From positions 768,001 through 832,000 of the forward strand of contig OZ244048.1 in NCBI GenBank assembly GCA_965215265.1: DNA of 64,000 bases, written 5' to 3'. Within the stretch, counting starts at the first letter, position 1. Each line of letters opens with the position of its first letter. Source of the stretch: Candidatus Poribacteria bacterium (GTDB lineage: Bacteria > Poribacteria > WGA-4E > WGA-3G). Below the pieces are notes generated by a model that saw nothing but the letters and a program-made list of their open reading frames with translations, ran no database searches and was not told where the DNA came from. Below, piece after piece: positions 19,830 to 29,378 of this stretch. The translations under genes and the position numbers were made by a program.

Positions 19830-20720
19830 CTAAACACCCCACCTTTTTCGAGAAACCGCCAAAGGCTCAATTTGGGCATCGTGCTGCTTCCATGCGTAAT
19901 GCCCTTTCGGATTTTCACCTACCCAACGTTCATCCGCAGGTTCTTCAGCAAGTTGGTAACGCGTATCGGCAGTAATGCGAATTTTGTTTGAAGTATTACG
20001 CAGTGAGGCGTGCATGAGGAACATACTAAAGATAACGACATCCCCCATCTCAAATGTGGTAGTTGCCCAATTGCCCCCAAATTTTTCAACGATTTCAATC
20101 GGATTATCGCTGAAATGCCCCTCTATTAACTCTGTGTCAACATCTGCCGTGCCATACGTCTCTCTAACCTTCTCAAATCTATTAGATTCCAAGCAGAAGA
20201 CGATCGGTCCCATATCCGGCGATACATCACCAAACGGAGTCCAGCAGGAGTAAAGGTTTTGCGTGCCTCTCCCCATAAAGACGATATCGTAATGAATCGG
20301 AGAACCGCATCCAGGGCCCGCAGTGCGGAGCCACTTAAAATCAAATGTGAGCGCATCGCCCCCGAGGAATTGCTTAAAAAAGTTCATTATCGACGTGCCC
20401 TCAACTACTGCTTTGAAAGCCGGTAACTGAGTCAATTCTTGGTTTCCCATCGCCCCCGTTGAGGTCGGTTCCGCGTAATCAGGGTTAAAGATACCATCCA
20501 TCAAAGGTGTATTCGGCGCGCGCATCCCTTTCGCCTCTAATTTCTCCAGAATCTGTCGCCGAGCGGTAAGAACTGCCTGACGTTCATGGAGCCCGCGGAT
20601 CAGCAGATATCCGTCTTCGCTTATCCGCTCCTGAAGAGCCTGCGGGTTATTGAGGATGTCGTTGCTTTCACGTAAGTCGGTAGAAACTTCGGTTTCGTAA
20701 TGTAAAAAGGGGAGCCTCAT
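19830..20720 (-). CDS. PhyH family dioxygenase
   Basis: EDGYLLIRG, IHYD, CWTPFGD, GDVVIF...HAS...RITADTRY. Confidence 0.85.
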   Translation of the reverse strand: MRLPFLHYETEVSTDLRESNDILNNPQALQERISEDGYLLIRGLHERQAVLTARRQILEKLEAKGMRAPNTPLMDGIFNPDYAEPTSTGAMGNQELTQLPAFKAVVEGTSIMNFFKQFLGGDALTFDFKWLRTAGPGCGSPIHYDIVFMGRGTQNLYSCWTPFGDVSPDMGPIVFCLESNRFEKVRETYGTADVDTELIEGHFSDNPIEIVEKFGGNWATTTFEMGDVVIFSMFLMHASLRNTSNKIRITADTRYQLAEEPADERWVGENPKGHYAWKQHDAQIEPLAVSRKRWGV

Positions 20721-20923
20721 ATTTTTGTCGTCCTCTATAGGAAGCGTTCAGGATTATCTTGTAAGCACACGTATATTCGCAGTTTCGCTTGCCTCGATGG
20801 GTGAACTGCCATCTCTATAAACATATTTTTGCCGTTTCCTACCGGGTGTGGGCAGGCATTCTAGGTAAACAGAGTTGTTATGTCAATGCTACTCAGCTCG
20901 ACGGGCGAGTAACGTTCCTTTTT

Positions 20924-22948
20924 TTAGTCTGAATTCAAACTCGGTGGCAACGTCTTCAGCCATGCGAGGTTAAACCGATAGTGTTGTCGGCTACTAATCA
21001 GATGAATTATACCGTTTTTACCTTGGCAGCCTGCGAGATAGCCCCCGGGCTCAGCACTGCTAATATCCATCGTAAAAGGTCGCCCATCCATCGTTTCGAT
21101 TTCGTGCCCAGCACTATCATCACTTATCAGGCGAACGTGTGTCCAAGTGTCCCCATCATCGTAGGAGAGTGCCCCAAATAGGCCCGTGACCGGACGTTCC
21201 TGACCAGAGGCATCCATAATCGGCATCGCTGCCGGATCTTGCCGTTCCCCAGTAAAAGATGCAAGAAATATCGGTCCCTCCTTGAGTCTGAGTAGCACGC
21301 AACGTTGACCACCCGAAAGGGGTGGAAACGACCCGGCACTATAAGACCAAGTTCTGCCTCCATCTGTAGAAATGCTTTTAGGCATCTGCCCGTTAATTGT
21401 ATCGCCACGCCCATAAGCCATGAGTCTACCATCTGTGAGCTCAACGACAGCGGCGTGAATCCCGGCGATCCATCCACCGGATTTTCCATCCGCGAACTCA
21501 GGGATAGGTTGAGCTGCTCCAGGGTCGTGCCAAGTTTCTCCGTCGTCCTCACTGAGCCAGATTGCGGTTCCACCGTTGCCTCCACTCACTGCATCGCAGG
21601 CAAGGAGTATAGAGCCGTCTTGCCGGCGGAAAACAGACGTAATGGGCATCTGTCGGAGTTGATGCTCCGGCGAGATAAACTGGGGACGCGTCCACGTCGC
21701 ACCATTATCATCGGAATAACGCATGACTAATGCCAAGGGGCCCCATGTCGCAGCGGCGGAGAGCCCGTTGAAGTGATAAATTCGCCCGTTCTCATTGCAC
21801 CAGAGGGCAGTGGCGTGATTATTTCTATCCGGTGCTCCCCAGAAAGGTTTCGCCGCTTCCCATTCGTTTTGTCCGTAACGCAATCGACTCGCCGCCACGG
21901 TTAATTCTCGACCGCGTTCAGTCACGCACGAGTACCATGCAGCGAAAAGGTCTCCGTTTAGGCACTCAACAATTGACGGAACATGGTTATGTGCTGAAAA
22001 CAGCGGCCCGTTTGAACCTTCCTGAATCTTTACATAAGGGATTGGATGTGCAAAATAAGGAGTATCAATAGCAGGCGATGTCGTAGCTGCTTGTTTTACT
22101 GTGCGCCCCCATAACGCCACTTTCGGGACTGGCAGCGGCCGAGTATCAGGCAGGGCAGCGCAAACGACACGGAACCCGATGTACCAGTGTTTATCTTCAG
22201 GCACAGCACCCATCCGATTGGCAGAGCGCAAATAACAGAGCAAAGTTGAATGACTGCCCCCACGTGTCACACGGTAGAGCCCATCTGCTCTGCCAACCGG
22301 GTCTTCCTGCAGATACGGTTCGTACGGGCCATACCAATCGTGGCACCACTCTTCTACATTGCCGTGCATATCGTATAACCCCCAGGCATTCGGTGGAGTT
22401 TGCCCAACATGTAGGGGCACCACCTCTTTTACGCCACGGCTCCGTCCTGCATCAGGGTACCAACTCTCTCCTACATTCTTATGAAAGATATCAGGGAGTG
22501 TGTCTCCGGTATGAAAATGCGTCGTTGTGCCTGCGCGACATGCGTATTCCCATTCAGCTTCGGTTGGCAGCCGATACGGGATGCCTTCGCGTTCGGAGAG
22601 CCATTCACAGAAGCGAGCAGCATCGTGCCAACTCACGAAAACAACTGCCTCACTGTCTGCCACTGAAAAATTAAGCTTCCCGCGCAGGCAGCGATGGTCT
22701 GACTCGAATTCTTCATACTGTGCATTCGTTACCTGAAAAGCTCCCATGTAGAACGGCGTGCTGAGCGTTACCTCATGCACCGGACGTTCGTCCCAGTCGC
22801 CTTCACGCAAGTACGCCTTACCCGCTGTCAATTCATCCGATAGTTGGACATCATCCGAACCCATTAGAAAGTTACCGGGTTCAATTCTAACCAACTGCAT
22901 CCCGAGTGAATTGGTATGGTGAGCACCTTTGATTGGAAGTTTTTGCAT
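20924..22948 (-). CDS. FGE-sulfatase (SUMF1/PvdO-like) domain fused to a BNR-repeat sialidase-like propeller
   Basis: RLPTEAEWEYACRAG, PNAWGLYDMHGNVEEW; Asp-boxes SDDNGATW, SEDDGETW, STDGGRTW, SYDDGDTW. Confidence 0.85.
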   Translation of the reverse strand: MQKLPIKGAHHTNSLGMQLVRIEPGNFLMGSDDVQLSDELTAGKAYLREGDWDERPVHEVTLSTPFYMGAFQVTNAQYEEFESDHRCLRGKLNFSVADSEAVVFVSWHDAARFCEWLSEREGIPYRLPTEAEWEYACRAGTTTHFHTGDTLPDIFHKNVGESWYPDAGRSRGVKEVVPLHVGQTPPNAWGLYDMHGNVEEWCHDWYGPYEPYLQEDPVGRADGLYRVTRGGSHSTLLCYLRSANRMGAVPEDKHWYIGFRVVCAALPDTRPLPVPKVALWGRTVKQAATTSPAIDTPYFAHPIPYVKIQEGSNGPLFSAHNHVPSIVECLNGDLFAAWYSCVTERGRELTVAASRLRYGQNEWEAAKPFWGAPDRNNHATALWCNENGRIYHFNGLSAAATWGPLALVMRYSDDNGATWTRPQFISPEHQLRQMPITSVFRRQDGSILLACDAVSGGNGGTAIWLSEDDGETWHDPGAAQPIPEFADGKSGGWIAGIHAAVVELTDGRLMAYGRGDTINGQMPKSISTDGGRTWSYSAGSFPPLSGGQRCVLLRLKEGPIFLASFTGERQDPAAMPIMDASGQERPVTGLFGALSYDDGDTWTHVRLISDDSAGHEIETMDGRPFTMDISSAEPGGYLAGCQGKNGIIHLISSRQHYRFNLAWLKTLPPSLNSD

Positions 22949-23239
22949 AGCCTAACCTATTTTTTGTCTATTGGAGTACCATAAAGGCGGCTGCTTTGAT
23001 AACACCTATACAAATCTCGCCAGAGCCGCTTTAGGCAGTGTTAATCACTTTTTCAGAATTGATGCTATTATACCAATTAACGCTGCATTTGTCAAAAAAT
23101 TGTCGGTTACTAGCAATTTGGGATGCTACTAGGGAAATTGTGCTGCTATAACTAGGGAAAATTTGCCTCTTGTGAACGAATTTACCACATCGATAATTGA
23201 ATTGACTGAAACTTTTTTTCACAGTGGCATTTGCCAAAT

Positions 23240-23255
23240 TGGCACAGAAATTGCC
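23240..23255 (+). promoter_or_regulatory. Sigma-54 (-24/-12) promoter 1
   Basis: TGGCACAGAAATTGCC = GG-N10-GC consensus. Confidence 0.7.
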
Positions 23256-23400
23256 AAGATAGTTGAAGAAACCAATTGCTATCAATGATAACAAGAGCAG
23301 GCACTTAACGCTACCCAGTAAAAAATTCCCTTCTGCCCCTGAAATTAGGGAAAAGGGTGCTAATGAACGAGGTGAGGGAAGGGTTCTCCTTTTTCTAAAT

Positions 23401-23416
23401 TGGCATAGAAATTGCT
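23401..23416 (+). promoter_or_regulatory. Sigma-54 (-24/-12) promoter 2, upstream of the ftsZ paralog
   Basis: TGGCATAGAAATTGCT, near-perfect RpoN consensus about 80 nt before the ATG. Confidence 0.8.
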
Positions 23417-23494
23417 ACTGTTACTGAGCGGACTAAACAATAGGAGGATAAAGTTGCATCACGTTTGTAAACGAAAACTAAAAGGAGTGAAAAC

Positions 23495-24421
23495 ATGCGA
23501 ACCAGAATGAAGGCCATCGGTGTAGGAAGCACGGGTGGAAACGCAGTCAAATACATGGCTCAAGCCGGATTAACAGGCGTTGATTTTTACGCGGTTGACA
23601 CACATGCACAATCCTTAGAGGCTTGCCTCAGTGTCACACGAATCCAGATTGGAATTAACACTACTAATGGGTTTAGTGCCGGTAATAATCCTGCGGTAGG
23701 CCGACAAGCGGCTGAAGAAAGTCGGGAACGGCTTGAAACCGTTGTCTCGGACGCAGATTTGATTTTCGTTATCGCCTATATAGGCGGAGGTACTGGGACT
23801 GGCGCAGCACCTGTGATTGCAACCTTGGCTCAAGCACGTGGGGCAGCCTTTACGATTGGTGTGGTAACGCTTCCTTTCAAATTTGAAGGAGAACAGCAAA
23901 TTGAACAAGCCGAAAAAGGATTGCAAAACCTCCTCGAGGTAGCCGATTCAGTCATCGTTGTACCGAACCAACAATTGATTATGGAGGGTAACCTATCAAG
24001 GCGAGAGGCATTCGGACGCAGCAACGAGATATTACGTCGGGGTGTTCAGTGTATCGCTGATATAATTGTAGACTCAGGAGAAATTAATGTCAATTTTGCC
24101 GATGTCAAATATATCATGCAGGTCCCTGGAAGCGCAATCATAGGGGTAGCCAGTGCAACCGGCAAAAACCGCGCGAAAATCGCAGCAGAATCTGCCGTTT
24201 CTTCACTATCCCTCGACGGGACGAATCTTGCAAGTGCATCTGGGCTGATAGTACGCATTGAGGCTCCGCCGGATTTCATAATGTCCGAGTTGGATCAGAC
24301 AATGCAGATTATTCAAAAAACATCAGCAGATGCTCAGATTATCTTTGGACTGTGCTACAGAGATGAATTGGAAATTGGGGATGAGGTTCACATGACTATT
24401 ATTGCAACCGGTTTGATGTAA
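23495..24421 (+). CDS. Divergent FtsZ/tubulin-family GTPase paralog lacking the C-terminal tail
   Basis: GGGTGTG signature, PFKFEG, INVNFADVK; ends at IIATGLM with no linker or C-terminal peptide; not in a dcw cluster. Confidence 0.85.
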   Translation: MRTRMKAIGVGSTGGNAVKYMAQAGLTGVDFYAVDTHAQSLEACLSVTRIQIGINTTNGFSAGNNPAVGRQAAEESRERLETVVSDADLIFVIAYIGGGTGTGAAPVIATLAQARGAAFTIGVVTLPFKFEGEQQIEQAEKGLQNLLEVADSVIVVPNQQLIMEGNLSRREAFGRSNEILRRGVQCIADIIVDSGEINVNFADVKYIMQVPGSAIIGVASATGKNRAKIAAESAVSSLSLDGTNLASASGLIVRIEAPPDFIMSELDQTMQIIQKTSADAQIIFGLCYRDELEIGDEVHMTIIATGLM

Positions 24422-24733
24422 CAACCGTAGACTTGCGACAGTGCAATTTAGTTTTAGCTCTTTTCGTGGATTTGCCGAGGAGGTCCCTCTTACAGCAGAG
24501 TCTTGCGATTTAGCGTGCTTTCTTAGGGGTTAACTAAATGGCCTTGGATTCGCGACGCTTGACATATTAAAAAAAACTGTTATCCTATACACCTGAAGGT
24601 GAACGTTACCAAGCGTTAGGGAAACCTCTACCTGTAACGCCAGAATAACGTTGCCCAGACATAGATGCCACCCGTGTTCACTCAGAAGCAGGAGAAATTA
24701 TCAAGCACCGTATAAACCAAAAAGAACCTGAGG

Positions 24734-25867
24734 ATGTTCATGCTAAACCGACCGGACTCAATCAGCAATCAGAAAAGTAGTACTACAAAGAATCCGAGAG
24801 ACTTGTTGCGTGGGAATTACGATGCCATCATTGGTAGTAGTCCGCGGCTCCTTGAGGTTCTCACACAAATTGAACGGTTTACAAAGACACCTTTAGAGGT
24901 AATCATTTCCGGGGAGACAGGAACTGGCAAGGAATTAGCAGCCCGTGCTTTGCACGCAAACAGTATGCGTTCAAAGGAAGCGATGATTGTAGTCAACTGT
25001 GCGGCGATTCCGGATGAACTGTTAGAAAGTCACCTATTCGGCCATGAAGCCGGAGCATTTACCGACGCGAAGCAGCAGCGCATCGGCAAGTTTGAACAAG
25101 CAGACAACGGAACGTTGTTTCTGGACGAAATCGCGGAACTACCGTTGTCACTTCAACCAAAGCTGCTACGGGCTCTTGAAACCGGAGAAATTGAGCGAGT
25201 GGGCGGTACAGCTTCCATTTCGGTAAATGTCCGGATTGTGGCAGCCACCAATCGCGTACTCGACTTAGCTATCAAAGAAGGAGGCTTTCGCAGAGACCTC
25301 TATCATCGATTAGATGGGTGCTCTATCCATCTACCACCTCTGCGCGAACGACTGGAAGACATCCCTGAGTTGGTGGAACACTTTGTGAAAAAGGCTCAAT
25401 TAGAAACGTTTTTTATTCAGCTGCCGCCTCTGCGTGAACGACTCTCAGCCGGAGATACTGGGCAAAAACCTCATTCAAACTCCACAAAACAGGAAGGCAA
25501 GATTGCTTGGCAGACGTTAGAACTCCTTAAAGGTTACGCATGGCCAGGGAATGTCCGAGAACTAAAAAAGGTAATGCTGTATGCGCTCATTCTTGCTGAG
25601 GGGAAAGTCATCTTACCAGCACATTTACCCAAAAAACTTCATTCAGCAGACGGGCAGCTCAGCAACAGTGGAAAAGCCATTGAACCTGTGCAAAAACAAC
25701 AAGCGGTATCTTTTCCGATTGGACTAACGTTGAAAGAGATTGAACAGAGATATATTCAGGAGACTTTAGCACAGATGGATGGAAATCGGACGCGCACAGC
25801 GAAGACTTTGGGCATTAGTCCAAAGACTTTGCGCAGCAAATTAAAAACGTACTCCGGGTCAAGGTAA
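24734..25867 (+). CDS. Sigma-54-dependent Fis-family activator (bEBP) without an N-terminal regulatory domain
   Basis: GETGTGKE, ESHLFGHEAGAFTDA, LFLDEI, WPGNVREL, C-terminal HTH GNRTRTAKTLGIS. Confidence 0.93.
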   Translation: MFMLNRPDSISNQKSSTTKNPRDLLRGNYDAIIGSSPRLLEVLTQIERFTKTPLEVIISGETGTGKELAARALHANSMRSKEAMIVVNCAAIPDELLESHLFGHEAGAFTDAKQQRIGKFEQADNGTLFLDEIAELPLSLQPKLLRALETGEIERVGGTASISVNVRIVAATNRVLDLAIKEGGFRRDLYHRLDGCSIHLPPLRERLEDIPELVEHFVKKAQLETFFIQLPPLRERLSAGDTGQKPHSNSTKQEGKIAWQTLELLKGYAWPGNVRELKKVMLYALILAEGKVILPAHLPKKLHSADGQLSNSGKAIEPVQKQQAVSFPIGLTLKEIEQRYIQETLAQMDGNRTRTAKTLGISPKTLRSKLKTYSGSR

Positions 25868-26219
25868 TCACTCACCGCGTTAGAGTAAACCTAAAAATAT
25901 CCGGGCCTTTTCTTTAATTTATGTTAGAATCGTTATCTCATGAGATAAAAAAACAGAACGCAATAGAAATGTTGGTGTTTTCAAAGCATAGATTGTGTAT
26001 GGGTTCCTTGTAGAAAAGCAAAGCCGTCTTGTGTAAAAAGACATTGAGACAGTTTTGCTGCATACGAACCTGGAGCGCTACACGGTACGGGTTCTAGTAA
26101 TATGAGTTCTTGTAGTAGTAGCTGCCACCGGAATTTACGGTGCAAGTATGTGCCATGGAAGTTCCCGCGGGGAGCGTCTTACTGTATCTGCAAGAGCAAC
26201 TAAAAGCGGTGTCGGGGGG

Positions 26220-26657
26220 CTAATTTCCACAAGCGCTGCAACCGCGCCCATCACAATTATTGCAATCATCGTCGTCTGGCGGATCACACGTGTCGCAACC
26301 GGATCCATCACAATCGTAGCAGTTATCCTCTGGACCATCAAGAACATCCCAGAGAGCAACACCTGCACCCACGATACCTGCGCCCGCTGCAATGCCGCCT
26401 GCTAGAGGTACCCATGCAGGTGCTGTGGCGGTAGCGGCTGCAGCACCACCGGCCCAGGCGATACCACCGGCCACAGCTGCTAAGATTCCGGCCCCCGCTG
26501 CAATTTCCTCTCGAGGATCTCCGTCGTCTCCATGGCGATCGCTGCAGATCTCGGGAGTGACGGACACCAAGATACAGAAAGTTACCGTTACCGTCGCGAT
26601 GAAGTTGAGCAACGATACCTTTTTCTTCCACGTTGGATGTATGGATTTGTTAGACAT
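26220..26657 (-). CDS. Putative exported glycine-zipper protein with C-terminal CxxCxGxGC repeats
   Basis: Hydrophobic N-terminal segment; Gly/Ala-rich hydrophobic hairpin; CYDCDGSGCDTC and CNNCDGRGCSAC; AAAGAGG upstream. Confidence 0.7.
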   Translation of the reverse strand: MSNKSIHPTWKKKVSLLNFIATVTVTFCILVSVTPEICSDRHGDDGDPREEIAAGAGILAAVAGGIAWAGGAAAATATAPAWVPLAGGIAAGAGIVGAGVALWDVLDGPEDNCYDCDGSGCDTCDPPDDDDCNNCDGRGCSACGN

Positions 26658-27015
26658 TTATAGCCTCTTTACTATATTTGTCAATGCGACTTGAGGCTTT
26701 CTCCACAATCGCTTTCCAATGCTGTGACTCAGAATCTACGCACTCTCGCAATGGTTACACTCAGGTTCGGTGATTGCATCTATTATCTTGCCACCAAGAC
26801 TAACGGCCTGCTTGATAAGCTCTATAATAGGTTGTACCAGATTACAACTGTCCCAAGGCATCTGTCGCTATAAACAATGGCATAGTGCTTGACTCGCCCG
26901 TTGAACAGCGAACCAAGGAGTCATTGTTTGCTGTAAAAACATGAAATTCTCCTATCTCATTTCGCAGGAGACGTGCCTCATATTACCACATCTCCTACTT
27001 TAACTTCAATAAATC

Positions 27016-27084
27016 AACGAAAGTGAATATACATTCCCTCTTTTGAATCCAAAACAAGGACAAACCTGAAGCAGCCTGAATCGC
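27016..27084. repeat. 69-bp direct repeat, copy 1 (other copy 31106-31174)
   Basis: 63/69 identical by manual alignment. Confidence 0.9.
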
Positions 27085-27090
27085 GTTTTC

Positions 27091-27150
27091 GTATAGCTCC
27101 GTACCATCAACGTCTAGGTAATGATAGCTCGTGTGTAAATCTCGTCTGAG
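27091..27150. repeat. Dispersed ~60-bp repeat (CTCCGTACC...CTCGTGTGTAAATCTCGTC family)
   Basis: Related copies at 49248-49307 and 51496-51552; inverted copy about 51667-51720. Confidence 0.8.
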
Positions 27151-27225
27151 CCTCTTGATGTTTTGTCTCTAAAATGTTCCTGAACACGTTCACGAATCTT
27201 CCAACAGCGCGACTTCGCCGTGTTC
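27113..27225 (-). pseudogene. 3' remnant of a paralogous ECF sigma factor
   Basis: Minus strand reads NTAKSRCWKIRERVQEHF versus NTAKSRWRKIRQIVFKHF at the end of the 31178-31762 sigma; GACTTCGCCGTGTTC is shared. Confidence 0.8.
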
Positions 27226-27685
27226 ACTAAGAGTGATTAAGTTTGTGGCGGGGAATTCCCGTTTTTTTACATGTCGTGCGTTTTTCTCGACATCTATAAA
27301 AAGCACTCAGCAAATGGGGCCTGGGAACCTTGTGTTTTTAGGGTTTAGCAGGTATGGTGCTCTTCTATTTATAAGAAAGGCGATCAGGACGATGTGGCGT
27401 GCGCACCGTGTAAACTTGGCGGCGCATCAGTTTTGTGCATCCGTTTTATCACGGCATGGAGGTCAAGGAATTTCAACCGAGTGCGACATCATCCCGCGAG
27501 ATGACGGCACTCTATCAGTAGCTTAGCAAGGAATCGGAGATCGGCAGGGAAAAGGTAATCGTAGTAGGTGACGAACTATAGATGGCATCCCACCCACCCA
27601 ATTCCTCTGTCCTTCAGGACAGAGAAAGAATACCTTATCCTGCTACAAAGCGTGTGCTTCAGGACACGCCTTTTTATACCGAGTC

Positions 27686-28579
27686 TTACTGCTTAAGTCG
27701 TGCCCAAATAGTGGCGAGCTTTCCTTCTGCTTCGACTGCAAGCGCAATGCCGGTCTTTGCGCCATTTTTACCCGTCAGATGATGCACATTCCCCGAGGCA
27801 TCTAAGAAGGTCGCCGTGCCAGCAGGCTCATCAAAATGCCACAATGCCACCGTTTTTGCGTCATTCTTGAACTGGCCGTCTGGCATAAAACCCTTTTTCT
27901 CAACATCATAACGTGCAACCCTCGAGATGCGGACCTCATCAATATATCCCGTGAAGGAACCCCACAATACTTTGGATGGCGGACGACCAGGCACCTCAAT
28001 TATCTTTCCAAACCCTCCAAGCATGAAGTCCTTTGGAAGCAAAGCACGAGGATCAAGATCATGTCCGAGGGGGTGATCTTGTTGTATTGTCTTTACGAAA
28101 TCATTGACAATCATTGTTGTCTGAGGTCCATTCGACTGATAAGCGATGTGGTGCCATTGGTTCGGCTCCAGCGGGATCGGGAAAGATATTCTCCGACCGA
28201 ACATTCCCTCAATATAGGCACTCATTAGCAAGATAAAGTCTCCCTTCGGAGGCTCTATATTATGCCCATTAGCCAGATTATTTAGCAGCGGTTGATATTC
28301 ATCGTTCACGAGAGTCAGACGCACCTGTTGATGGAGTATCGTCAATAACGTGTCCTTGTTGTCGGGCGGTGTGGTGGGATATATCCAGGCTTCAACGGTG
28401 AACTTCTTCGTGCCGTTCGGTAAAATCCTACCGAAGGTTTCAAAATCTAAGACGGCGTGATCGTCAACGCCGTCAAGGACTAAATAGTTTCCACCAGCCG
28501 GTGAAGAGGGCGGGAGTGCTTTGGCACTCAGCGGAAGGAATATAAGTAAGAGCCATGCGAGGCGTTGCCGGTATCTCAT
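27686..28579 (-). CDS. Exported LamG/concanavalin A-like domain protein
   Basis: Signal peptide, FTVEAWIYP, QWHHIA, GYIDEVRIS, ALWHFDE; tail AVEAEGKLATIWARLKQ. Confidence 0.85.
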   Translation of the reverse strand: MRYRQRLAWLLLIFLPLSAKALPPSSPAGGNYLVLDGVDDHAVLDFETFGRILPNGTKKFTVEAWIYPTTPPDNKDTLLTILHQQVRLTLVNDEYQPLLNNLANGHNIEPPKGDFILLMSAYIEGMFGRRISFPIPLEPNQWHHIAYQSNGPQTTMIVNDFVKTIQQDHPLGHDLDPRALLPKDFMLGGFGKIIEVPGRPPSKVLWGSFTGYIDEVRISRVARYDVEKKGFMPDGQFKNDAKTVALWHFDEPAGTATFLDASGNVHHLTGKNGAKTGIALAVEAEGKLATIWARLKQ

Positions 28580-28733
28580 TTTTTTCTCTCCTTTTCGTAT
28601 ATAAGCTTGTGAGTTTCGTTGTAAATCTCAGTTTTCAGTGCCGGAGCGGCCACCGTTTCTATTCTCTCTTAAAGCCACTTTTTTGTCAAAAAACAGGCAG
28701 AATCTGAAAAAAGTTGAAAAAAATAGCCCACGC

Positions 28734-29039
28734 TTAAACGTCTAAAATTGTGCAATGCCAGAGAGATTCAATCGTGGCATAATCTGTCACGTCTCGCTGA
28801 AGATGCACATGGGTCTCACGCCACAACTTCGCCGTGCTTTTCAAGAGTTGTTTCAACTGATGTAGGTAGTCTGCCAAAGATGTCGCCTGAATCTGAGCCG
28901 CGAGGTGTTTTATCTCTCTAATATGTTGTAACCGTTTCGCCTCGTTCCACCGTTGATAAGCAAACGGACCAATAACAACAACCGTCAGAATCAGCGTCAG
29001 CAATATGTACTTTTTCACAAAAAACTTCAGTCTCCACAA
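28734..29039 (-). CDS. Small membrane-anchored hypothetical protein (possibly a fragment)
   Basis: One N-terminal TM helix; no recognisable motif. Confidence 0.35.
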   Translation of the reverse strand: MWRLKFFVKKYILLTLILTVVVIGPFAYQRWNEAKRLQHIREIKHLAAQIQATSLADYLHQLKQLLKSTAKLWRETHVHLQRDVTDYATIESLWHCTILDV

Positions 29040-29302
29040 TTTTAGGCAATTGTCAGCCTTTTTTTTAGGCGAGTTTCGGGTTTTGAATTTTCCCTAGTGG
29101 GTAAACAGTTGCTTGTTCAACCTGCCTCAACAGCACAAAATGGGGTTCAATGCGACAGATTTTTCGTTCGTCAGATTCGACTTCAACTTTCAGAGCCACG
29201 CCAGATGTTTTTGGATATCAGTGAGCATTTTCATATTACGGCTTCAGTTGTCCCCACGGGGTTGTGAGTTTTCCTCTGATTCGACTGCCAGTAGGTTGAA
29301 TG

Positions 29303-29335
29303 AAGCGAGGACTTAGTAATGATAAGTCCTCGCTT
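29303..29335. terminator. Perfect 13-bp inverted repeat downstream of the Cys-rich peptide gene
   Basis: AAGCGAGGACTTA-7 nt-TAAGTCCTCGCTT. Confidence 0.6.
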
Positions 29336-29378
29336 ATCTTATGTGAAAAGCCGTCTTACTTATAAACGGCTGCCCACT

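Noticed and set aside
23495-24421. Calling this the canonical cell-division ftsZ
   Set aside because: No C-terminal peptide, altered motifs, and no ftsA or dcw neighbours.
26135-26694. Alternative-frame and antisense ORFs over the glycine-zipper gene
   Set aside because: Shadow ORFs of GC-rich low-complexity coding sequence; the 145-aa frame has an RBS and coherent features.
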